A stretch of DNA of 34,304 nucleotides, taken from positions 1 to 34,304 of IMG/VR virus record IMGVR_UViG_3300024518_001869; one strand, 5' to 3'. Below, in pieces: positions 27,595-34,304 of this stretch. The translations under genes were made by a program, and so were the position numbers. A model generated the notes under the pieces. It had not been told where the DNA came from, searched no databases, and saw only the letters and a list, made by a program, of their open reading frames with translations. Numbering within the stretch: the stretch's first letter is position 1; every line of letters starts with the position of its first letter. This DNA is from a virus (lineage: Duplodnaviria; Caudoviricetes).

Positions 27595-28691
27595 GTCGCC
27601 TGCCTCACTGGTTCCGCCACGTCACAGGCGATCTTAAATTGCTCAATCTGGAACGCAAGCTGTTGACGCGACAGGTGCGGGCCGCACGACAGGCAGATTG
27701 TCTCACGCGAGATTTTCTCCGCGATCGGGAAATCGCCAGCGGCGTAACCCAGGTCCATGTAGTACGGCGTCAGTGGCGGGATCGGATTGTAATACACGCT
27801 CGTTTCGACCCACCGGGCGTGCATCGTGTCCCGGATCGTGTCCCGCGACATGCCCTCCGGCGCGAATACCGACATGGCATAGGCAGCGCCCGGCATGGAC
27901 TCGATCCGGCCAAAGTCCCGCAGATGGTGGCGCAGGATCGCGTGATTGCTTTCGCGGCGGTCAAGCCACAAGGATTGCTTCTTGAGTTGAGCCAGCCCCA
28001 GCGCCGCCTGCATTTCCGACATTCGGTAGTTCATGCCGATATCGACGAAATTCCCCGCCTCATCCTTGCCGAAGGCACGCAGCCGCTTGGCGCGCTCCGC
28101 AAGCCCTGGGTGCTTGGTCAGGAGCATTCCGCCCTCGCCCGTGGTCATGTGCTTCACGGGGTAGAACGAGAAGGTGCCTACGTCGCCCCACAAGCCCGCG
28201 TGACGGCTCCTGTGGCGTGCCCCTAGGGCAAGGGCGCAGTCCTCGATCACGGACAGGCTGTGCTCGCGTGCGATCTGGTTGATCCGGGCCATGTCGCACA
28301 GTCGCCCGAGATAGTGGACCGGCATGATCGCGGCCGTGCGTCTCGTCAGGGCCTTCTTGATTTCCTCCGGATCGATGTTCCCGGTCGCCGGGTCCACGTC
28401 CACGAATATCGGGTCCGCGCCCACGAGGCTGACAGCAAGCGCCGTGGCGGGGTGCGTCAGGGCCGGGACAATGACCTCGTCGCCGGGTTTGACCAGCATC
28501 AAGCACGCGATATGGAGCGCGGCCATGCACGACGTAACGGCGGTCGCCATGCCGCCCTGAGTGTATTCGGAAAACGCGGCCTCGAACTCGGTCACGCGCG
28601 GCCCGTTGGTCAGGGTGCGCTGCGCGAGCGCGGCGACGACCATGTCGCGGTCATCTCTGCCTATCAGGGGCTTGCCAAATTCAACTCTCAT
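27591..28691 (-). CDS. DegT/DnrJ/EryC1/StrS sugar aminotransferase (PseC/LegC-like)
   Basis: PGDEVIVP, AIMPVHYLG, IEDCA, FSFYPVKHMTTGEGG (PLP Lys), GMNYRMSEMQAALG. Confidence 0.93.
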   Translation of the reverse strand: MRVEFGKPLIGRDDRDMVVAALAQRTLTNGPRVTEFEAAFSEYTQGGMATAVTSCMAALHIACLMLVKPGDEVIVPALTHPATALAVSLVGADPIFVDVDPATGNIDPEEIKKALTRRTAAIMPVHYLGRLCDMARINQIAREHSLSVIEDCALALGARHRSRHAGLWGDVGTFSFYPVKHMTTGEGGMLLTKHPGLAERAKRLRAFGKDEAGNFVDIGMNYRMSEMQAALGLAQLKKQSLWLDRRESNHAILRHHLRDFGRIESMPGAAYAMSVFAPEGMSRDTIRDTMHARWVETSVYYNPIPPLTPYYMDLGYAAGDFPIAEKISRETICLSCGPHLSRQQLAFQIEQFKIACDVAEPVRQAT

Positions 28692-29151
28692 CGCCTGCCT
28701 CGCGTAGATAGGTGTTCTGAATATGGTGGAAGCCGAATTTCTTGAACAGGGCTATCGAGGCGGGATTGTTCGGATTGATATTGGCGACCCAGCCCGCACG
28801 GCGCTCGGACGGCTTGTACGGGAGCGGTTTGAAAGTCACCATCAGGACTCTCAGGGCTTTCGACGCATAGCCCTTGCGGCGGTATTTTTTCAGAATGCTG
28901 ATGCCAATCTCGTTCCGTTCCGTGACACGCAACTGGCCGACCGTGCAAGCTGCTTCCGTATCCAAGATCAGGAACCACCGCGCGAAAGGATGGTCCTCAA
29001 CGAAAGCATCATGTCGCCTCCGGCTCGGCAATTCCTTGTGGCTGATGTTCGTGTGGGCCTCGGACTCGTCCGACCGCTCTTTCAGTATTCTCCATAGGAC
29101 GTCCGCGGCGCCCGGAGAACCATGAACATCTTGTAAAATTACGTTTGACAT
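28681..29151 (-). CDS. GNAT N-acetyltransferase (PseH-like)
   Basis: EIGISILKKYRRKGYAS and NPASIALFKKFGF; start moved to ATG 29151, which has a GGAGG SD. Confidence 0.88.
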   Translation of the reverse strand: MSNVILQDVHGSPGAADVLWRILKERSDESEAHTNISHKELPSRRRHDAFVEDHPFARWFLILDTEAACTVGQLRVTERNEIGISILKKYRRKGYASKALRVLMVTFKPLPYKPSERRAGWVANINPNNPASIALFKKFGFHHIQNTYLREAGDES

Positions 29152-29702
29152 TCTGCCTCCAGTTGCGGGCGTAGCCGCTCCAGGTCTTCCGGCGTGTCCA
29201 CTGTCCACGAGTCTTTCTTCCAGAACGACGTGACGTGTTCACGGTCGTACTCGTTCATGAATGGCAGGCAGCGCAGGAACTCGTCAGTCCACACGCCCTC
29301 GGCCTGGAAGCCCGGTGTCGAGACCGCGGGAGGCGCGTACCGCACACCCCTTTCCAGCCGCTCGACAATCTGGTCGATCATCATCGCGGTTATGAACGGC
29401 GAATCCGCGCACACGCGCACGAAGGCGTCGCAGGGATAGCAGTGAATGGCCCAATCGAACCGCGCCACAACGTCCTTTTCCAGGCCCGTAACGATTTCTA
29501 CGTCCTGACGCGATGTCAAATAATGGAGAAGATCATCATTTTCCTCGGTGGCTGGAATCGCGACCACGGTCTTGTCCACGCTCGCGCCGACGATCCTGTC
29601 CAACAGGATACCGATTAGCGGCTTGCCCGCGACCTCCGCCATGACCTTACCGGGAAAGCGTGTCGAGCCCATGCGGGCCTGTACGATCGTGTTGATGATC
29701 AT
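29139..29702 (-). CDS. Cytidylyltransferase, SpsF/PseF-like CMP-nonulosonate synthetase
   Basis: IVQARMGSTRFPGKVM, VRVCADSPF, REHVT, WTVDTPED. Confidence 0.9.
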   Translation of the reverse strand: MIINTIVQARMGSTRFPGKVMAEVAGKPLIGILLDRIVGASVDKTVVAIPATEENDDLLHYLTSRQDVEIVTGLEKDVVARFDWAIHCYPCDAFVRVCADSPFITAMMIDQIVERLERGVRYAPPAVSTPGFQAEGVWTDEFLRCLPFMNEYDREHVTSFWKKDSWTVDTPEDLERLRPQLEAECQT

Positions 29703-30442
29703 GAAGTCATCTCCTGGACCGCGTCGCGGTAGTCACAAATCACCTTTAATTGGTCCGGCAATATTTCGACAGCGTGGTCCCGGCTTTTTTTGCCACGAGC
29801 GTCCCGAAAATGAACCTCGACCATCGGGCATCCGTGGCTGATCGCGTAGAGTGACGGCCAGATCGTGCCGGAGTGATCGGACAGGCCCATCTGGGTTATG
29901 CGGTGCCTATAGTCGCTCGTCAAAGCCTCTGACAAGGGCGCGGGATATTTTGCAACGCAACTCAAAAACTGACATTCGCGGCCCTTGATCAGTGGCCCGA
30001 TCTTTATCCAGTCCCCGCGCTCCATCATCCCATTCGAGACAATCAGCGGCAAGTCGGTCTCGTCGTATGGGAACGTCATCGCGGCGCGTGACGCGACCTT
30101 GGCTGCGTCGCACAGCTTGAGCAACCGCATGGCCTCGTCCTGGAAGACCGACAGGATGAAGTGGATTCCCGCGTCATGGGCGCGTCGCGAGACTCCCAGC
30201 CACCCGTCATAGCCCAGCACCGTGTCGTTCCAGTACGGCATGCGCTCATCGTCGCCTTCGACGGGGCAGAACAGCGGCGCGTCCTTGACGAACGCCTGAA
30301 ACTTGATCGCGTCCGCGCCACACTCAGCCGCGACCGTGACGAGTTCCTTGGCACGCTCCACGTCGCCGAAGTGATTCGTCCCGGCTTCCGCGATGATGTA
30401 GGTCGGGTTCCCGTTGCCTATCTCGCGCTCGCCTATAATCAT
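29699..30442 (-). CDS. neuB: NeuB-family nonulosonic acid synthase (NeuB/PseI/LegI/SpsE), short form
   Basis: YIIAEAGTNH, GADAIKFQ, KVAS, CVAKYP, GLSDHS, EVHF, RDH; 247 aa, ending before the usual C-terminal AFP/SAF domain. Confidence 0.92.
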   Translation of the reverse strand: MIIGEREIGNGNPTYIIAEAGTNHFGDVERAKELVTVAAECGADAIKFQAFVKDAPLFCPVEGDDERMPYWNDTVLGYDGWLGVSRRAHDAGIHFILSVFQDEAMRLLKLCDAAKVASRAAMTFPYDETDLPLIVSNGMMERGDWIKIGPLIKGRECQFLSCVAKYPAPLSEALTSDYRHRITQMGLSDHSGTIWPSLYAISHGCPMVEVHFRDARGKKSRDHAVEILPDQLKVICDYRDAVQEMTS

Positions 30443-30473
30443 CGCACGCTCCGCATGCTCGAAGTTTCACACA

Positions 30474-31289
30474 TCACGGGAAACACTCCTGCCATTTGCG
30501 GAAGAACTCCGCGACTTGTCCGGGGTCGTCGAACGGGGCCTGGACGGTCCTGTATTGCTCGCTCCTGGCGGCTGTCACGACCAGCCAGTCCGAGTCGCCC
30601 CAGTAGTTCGCGTCTTCCGGCTCGAACCCGGCGAGGCGCAGGGCTGCCTTCAAGGTATTCAATGAGAAGCGGAACGAATGAAGGTCGGCCTTCTGCTTCC
30701 CGAGGTATGCCGACAGGGGCTTCTTGAATGGCACCATCAGGCGCGACCCGGTCGCGACGACGATCCTGCCGTCCGGCGTAAGGCAGTCGCGCGCACGTTC
30801 GAGCATGCCGATGCAGTCGCCGCAGTTCTCCAGGGTCCAGAGGATCGTGACCACGTCAACCTCGCTCGGGACAAACGTCTCGATCGGTCCCTTGTGGCTT
30901 GGTATCCCGGCCATGATCAGCTTCTTGACGTTCTCCTGGGCCGGCTCGACCGCGGACACCACGGCGCCACGCGACCGGATCATCTTGAGAAAGTCCCCCT
31001 CGCCCGCGCCGACGTCCAAGACGCGCTTCTTGTCCCAGCCATATTTCTGATCGAACCATTCCGCCACGAAGAACAGCCTCGCCTGCACGGCGGGCCACTT
31101 CGACGTGTAGCCTTCGCCCCAAATCCGGTCCCAGTCCGCCGCGATCGCCTCGACTGAGCGGCGCTCCTTGGCGTACACGAAACCGCACCCACCGCAGATA
31201 TGCGGGAGACCGTCCGGCTTGTAGTCGCCCGACACGGGGATAGGCGCGCTGTCCGCCGTGCCGCACAAGTCACAAACATGCGTCGTCAT
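30474..31289 (-). CDS. Class I SAM-dependent methyltransferase with N-terminal Cys motif
   Basis: CDLC ... CGGC, VLDVGAGEG, AVEP, LTPDGRIVV; start 31289 by ATGA overlap. Confidence 0.88.
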   Translation of the reverse strand: MTTHVCDLCGTADSAPIPVSGDYKPDGLPHICGGCGFVYAKERRSVEAIAADWDRIWGEGYTSKWPAVQARLFFVAEWFDQKYGWDKKRVLDVGAGEGDFLKMIRSRGAVVSAVEPAQENVKKLIMAGIPSHKGPIETFVPSEVDVVTILWTLENCGDCIGMLERARDCLTPDGRIVVATGSRLMVPFKKPLSAYLGKQKADLHSFRFSLNTLKAALRLAGFEPEDANYWGDSDWLVVTAARSEQYRTVQAPFDDPGQVAEFFRKWQECFP

Positions 31290-32410
31290 TCGGCCCAACC
31301 CTTCCTGTCATGTGCGTCCTCGTTCCAATGCGCGTCTATCACCTGGTCAAGCTGGCCACGCGTCATGTCGAGATATTCAAGAACCTTGTGAATGAATTGC
31401 GCCGGGAGCTCATGGTCGTATTCCAGCGCGAGCTTCATGCCTTGGTCCCTAGTCATGTGCCCGCCTTGTATTAGCCGACTAGCCATCCGCGTGGCGCGGC
31501 CAAAACCAAACTTGACCCACATGAGATAGAAGTCCAGGCCGTCGATCATGTCATCGATCGAGTCGAAGCCCTCGAATGATCCATTGGACTTGCCCCACCA
31601 GCGGACGCCCCAGTGGTTTTGCCAGTCAACAAGCCGGGGGTAATCCGCCACCCGGCCGCGCTCCTGTTGGAAGCCCATCTGCTTGCGCGCGTCCTTGGCA
31701 TTGCGGTAGATATCCCAGTCGAAGAAATACGACCAGTAGTATGCTTTTATTTCGCCTGCGTCTCCCGGATAAATATACGGCGCCAAGTCTCGTTCCGAGA
31801 TGTCGTCGTCCGCCCAGTTCAGCGGATGGTCCCCAACCTGATTTTCAAGCACTTCATCCAGGTTCCGGGTACGGCGCGACTCGTCATCCAGCACGAGCCC
31901 GCCGTAGAAGGACTCACCGTGCTCGGCGTAGAAGACTGTCTTGATCCCGTATGCCTTGGCAACTTGTAGCGGGACACTGTTGACCCCTGCATCATAGTGC
32001 TGCTTGGGGTGCCCACGCTCGATCGTAAATCGTCTAGCAAGAGCGCGACTGACACGCTGATCCACACGATGGTAATGAATATCGAAACCGCTATTACAAA
32101 CAGCATCGAGATTATGACGGCCCACATCAGTCCATAGCATCTGACCATAGCAGACCAGAAGCGGGTTAAGCCCGAAATCATGTTTCAGCCTCCATGCGAT
32201 CATCGCGGAATCCTTGCCGCCAGAAAACGGCACGACACAGTCATAAGGCGCGCTGCCAACAAACCCCGCGATCAGGTTCTTGAACTCGCGCTCGCGCACG
32301 ACCCAGTCAATATTCTTCCTCGCGTCAGCCTCCAGGCACGCATTGCAGCGACCGTCCGTGAACACGACGCGCGGGCGCGTGTCCGGCATGAGACATGTCT
32401 TGCAGATCAT
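31286..32410 (-). CDS. N-acetyl sugar amidotransferase (PseA/WbuX/PtmG family)
   Basis: CKTCLMPDTRP ... CNAC, YDCVVPFSGGKDS (PP-loop), KFGFGRAT; start 32410 by ATGA overlap. Confidence 0.92.
   Translation of the reverse strand: MICKTCLMPDTRPRVVFTDGRCNACLEADARKNIDWVVREREFKNLIAGFVGSAPYDCVVPFSGGKDSAMIAWRLKHDFGLNPLLVCYGQMLWTDVGRHNLDAVCNSGFDIHYHRVDQRVSRALARRFTIERGHPKQHYDAGVNSVPLQVAKAYGIKTVFYAEHGESFYGGLVLDDESRRTRNLDEVLENQVGDHPLNWADDDISERDLAPYIYPGDAGEIKAYYWSYFFDWDIYRNAKDARKQMGFQQERGRVADYPRLVDWQNHWGVRWWGKSNGSFEGFDSIDDMIDGLDFYLMWVKFGFGRATRMASRLIQGGHMTRDQGMKLALEYDHELPAQFIHKVLEYLDMTRGQLDQVIDAHWNEDAHDRKGWAE
31819..32181 (-). CDS. Putative overprinted membrane protein nested out of frame in the amidotransferase gene
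   Basis: GGAGG 7 nt before ATG 32181; 32 consecutive uncharged, mostly hydrophobic residues (18-49); host-frame codons over this stretch are strongly T-ending. Confidence 0.55.
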   Translation of the reverse strand: MISGLTRFWSAMVRCYGLMWAVIISMLFVIAVSIFITIVWISVSVALLLDDLRSSVGTPSSTMMQGSTVSRYKLPRHTGSRQSSTPSTVSPSTAGSCWMTSRAVPGTWMKCLKIRLGTIR

Positions 32411-32715
32411 TGTACAGCTCTCCAAACCGCCGCCTGACGGCCGCTTTTGTTTCTGCGGCGCACGCCCGTGTCCTCGATATACCCAGCGGCGTGCAACTCC
32501 GAGACACGTGGGCGAATCGACAGCACTGAAAAACCAAGCACGGACGAAATCTCATCGGCGGTCCTAGTGTGGCCCGCGCGGTAATAGTCGAGCACCAAAC
32601 GGCGAAGCGTTTCCGCCTTTGGGGCAATCGCCTCCGCAGCCACAACAGATGTCTCCGGCGCCTCGGTCTTGTGTCCAGGGAACAGAGGGTACGTCTCGCC
32701 AGGGTCCATCGTCAT
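32407..32715 (-). CDS. Winged helix-turn-helix DNA-binding protein
   Basis: TADEISSVLGFSVLSIRPRVSELHAAGYIEDTG...SGRQAAVW; AAGGA SD. Confidence 0.75.
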   Translation of the reverse strand: MTMDPGETYPLFPGHKTEAPETSVVAAEAIAPKAETLRRLVLDYYRAGHTRTADEISSVLGFSVLSIRPRVSELHAAGYIEDTGVRRRNKSGRQAAVWRAVQ

Positions 32716-32742
32716 AGTCCTTTCATGTTGACCGTCGCATAC

Positions 32743-33480
32743 CTAGCGGCATGCTCGGGGAGGACCGAAATGGTCTTCGACCATCGGCCTCATAGGAATC
32801 CCGGCTTCCGCGATCTTGCGCTTGAACATCGCGACGTGTTTCCGCGTGAAATGGAAGATATTCGACGTCGCGCACGCGGACGCGCCAGCGTTAAACGCAT
32901 CTATCATGTGTCCCGGTACCCCGCAGCCCGACATGGCGATGATGGGCTTGTTAAACAGCGCCGCCAGCTCGCGGATAAAGTCCACGTCATAGCCCTGGAG
33001 AGACCCGTCCCGTGAAAACGTCTGGGACAGAATCTCGCCGCACATCGAGAACGAAAGACCGTCATAGTTCGGCGGCCGCCGCTCAGGGGGGTGCGCCTCG
33101 ACACCCGCGACAACCGACGACGAGCCCAGCTTGCCTACAAGCCGCTCGATGAACATCACGTCATTCAAGGCATGATGCCCAACGACAATCTTATCAGCGC
33201 CAGCATTCATCAGCTCCCGCGCATAATCCCACGTCCTGACATGACCACCAACAGCCAGCGGCAGGAACAAATCACCCGATAGACGCTCGACAACCTCGAT
33301 AAACCGCGTCGTCGATGTCGCGTCAGGCTCCGGCGTGATGTCCAAGACAACAAGCTCGTCAGCGCCCTCCAGATCAACGAAATCCAGAGAATACGTCCGG
33401 TCAGCACGGAAATGCTTGGAACGAACCAGCTTCCCGTCAGAAACCGTCAAGGCAAGGATCATGCGGCGCTTCAACGCCAT
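32743..33480 (-). CDS. hisF: HisF-like TIM barrel (WbuZ-type, partner of sugar amidotransferases)
   Basis: GADELVVLDIT, PLAVGGHVR, AGADKIVV, RDGSLQGYD, PIIAMSGCG, SNIFHF. Context and catalytic-site changes argue against a role in histidine synthesis. Confidence 0.85.
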   Translation of the reverse strand: MALKRRMILALTVSDGKLVRSKHFRADRTYSLDFVDLEGADELVVLDITPEPDATSTTRFIEVVERLSGDLFLPLAVGGHVRTWDYARELMNAGADKIVVGHHALNDVMFIERLVGKLGSSSVVAGVEAHPPERRPPNYDGLSFSMCGEILSQTFSRDGSLQGYDVDFIRELAALFNKPIIAMSGCGVPGHMIDAFNAGASACATSNIFHFTRKHVAMFKRKIAEAGIPMRPMVEDHFGPPRACR

Positions 33481-34016
33481 TTTTTCTCATCCTCATCGTA
33501 TCCCGCTGTCTCCGCCGCACGGCGGGCATTGGCCAGAATACCCCTGGCCTTGCGCCGACGCTTGCGAGCACGCTTGTCAGCGTCCGTGTCCACAACCGCC
33601 TCGTCCCGCAAGCACGCGCGCAAGGTCCTGACCTGCTTCCAGGAGAAAACCAGCCGGCGCGGCCCACGGCCATTCCGCAACTGACTAAGCGCGCTCTTGC
33701 CCATCGAATGGATAAAAGCCAGCGCGCTCCGTGGCAGGTCATCCGCCTCCATCCGTCGCTTGAGACCCACGACCAACTCGCGCCAGCCATCAATACGCCG
33801 CCAGTTGTCAGGACTCCCGCGCTTGTCACCCAAATACATCCAAACCCCAATGTCCGGCGTAAGAAGCGCCTCAAACATCCGCCGAAGCCCTAGGCGGCCC
33901 TTGGAGAGCCGTATCCCGTCCTCAGCACGGGCTCCCAAAACCGCGTTCTTGAGAGCACGCGCATACGGGTCGAATCCATGGCCAACCGCGCCACCCTGCT
34001 TGGGAGACCTAGACAT
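33471..34016 (-). CDS. Basic hypothetical protein, first gene of the operon
   Basis: Long open frame whose stop overlaps the hisF-like start. Start is uncertain (34016 or 34058); no family recognised. Confidence 0.5.
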   Translation of the reverse strand: MSRSPKQGGAVGHGFDPYARALKNAVLGARAEDGIRLSKGRLGLRRMFEALLTPDIGVWMYLGDKRGSPDNWRRIDGWRELVVGLKRRMEADDLPRSALAFIHSMGKSALSQLRNGRGPRRLVFSWKQVRTLRACLRDEAVVDTDADKRARKRRRKARGILANARRAAETAGYDEDEKKWR

Positions 34017-34108
34017 GACTGAAACAAAAGACGCGCCCGCGACAAGCCAGAAGGACATGGCATGCAGCGGACGCGTCCAGGATGCTAGGGGGTAACATCA
34101 TGAAATCA

Positions 34109-34137
34109 TGAATAACCGAGACATGAAAACGTGTCAA
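34109..34137 (-). promoter_or_regulatory. Candidate sigma70-type promoter for the leftward operon
   Basis: Perfect TTGACA at 34137-34132, 17-nt spacer, then a weak -10 TATTCA, in an AT-rich gap just downstream of a terminator. Confidence 0.4.
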
Positions 34138-34153
34138 TAGTGTAGCGTAGTGT

Positions 34154-34183
34154 AAGAAAAAAGCCCCAGTGCGGACCGGGGCT
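34154..34183 (-). terminator. Rho-independent terminator
   Basis: Minus strand AGCCCCGG-TCCGCA-CTGGGGCT-TTTTTCTT: an 8-bp GC stem with one G.U pair followed by a U tract. Confidence 0.7.
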
Positions 34184-34304
34184 GCACCGTCGCACGCTAC
34201 CGCGTGCTCAGGGGGGCCAAGAGGCCCATAGTCGTGTGGGCGGGGGACGGGGTTTCCGAACCTCCCACAGGGAGGGGAATGCGCCCCGCGTCCTAGCCAC
34301 GGTG

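Larger units (their letters stand above)
1..34058 (-). mobile_element. Tailed bacteriophage/prophage late region (podovirus-like: terminase, portal, capsid, adaptor/nozzle, ejection proteins, lysis)
   Basis: Co-oriented, abutting genes with terminase, N4-gp56-like capsid and M15A endolysin motifs, in P22-like order. No tape measure, sheath or integrase is visible, so free phage versus prophage cannot be decided. Confidence 0.95.

Noticed and set aside
31286-32410. PP-loop protein as QueC (7-deazaguanine DNA modification) or a tRNA thiolase
   Set aside because: The N-terminal CxxC-x-MPDTRP...CNAC and KFGFGRAT fit the N-acetyl sugar amidotransferase family; no queD/queE/folE/dpdA is present.
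33210-33407. Second overprinted hydrophobic ORF inside the hisF-like gene
   Set aside because: Non-ATG start, no clear SD, and the hydrophobic stretch is short and interrupted by Arg.
32743-33480. Histidine-biosynthesis auxiliary metabolic gene
   Set aside because: Catalytic Asp positions are altered, no other his genes are present, and the amidotransferase context explains the gene.
26590-33480. Host LPS/capsule locus adjoining a prophage, or a chimeric assembly
   Set aside because: The cluster is ATGA-coupled to terL, contains a phage-type wHTH gene, has similar composition to the phage genes and lacks flippase or polymerase genes. Read-level confirmation is still advisable.
232-34095. 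The many plus-strand ORFs in the track (e.g. 1270..2043, 2421..3122, 21102..22115)
   Set aside because: They are antisense shadows of GC-rich minus-strand genes, with no recognisable motifs; the minus strand is already fully tiled.
34200-34304. tRNA or structured ncRNA at the right edge
   Set aside because: GC-rich with possible short hairpins, but no cloverleaf or T-loop consensus, and too little context to call.

Overview
The window is a GC-rich, tightly packed block of tailed-phage (podovirus-like) late genes, all on the minus strand and read from right to left. In transcription order: a candidate terminator and promoter (~34.1 kb); a hypothetical gene; a nonulosonic-acid (sialic/pseudaminic/legionaminic-type) synthesis and tailoring cluster (HisF-like protein, wHTH, N-acetyl-sugar amidotransferase, methyltransferase, NeuB-family synthase, cytidylyltransferase, GNAT, DegT aminotransferase, SDR) coupled directly to the large terminase; portal, scaffold and an N4-gp56-type major capsid protein; two Thr-rich paralogues; a CstII/Maf-fold sialyltransferase-like gene among the head genes; lectin-like and repeat proteins; adaptor and nozzle; three ejection proteins; short tail-tip proteins; a lysis cassette; and a >717-aa signal-peptide protein that runs off the left edge and is missing from the ORF track. 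The best candidate for a new system is phage-encoded glycosylation of the virion with a modified nonulosonic acid: donor pathway, transferase and TAT-rich virion proteins lie in one operon. A second strong signal is an apparently overprinted membrane-protein gene inside the amidotransferase. All family calls come from reading motifs by eye; no searches were run.
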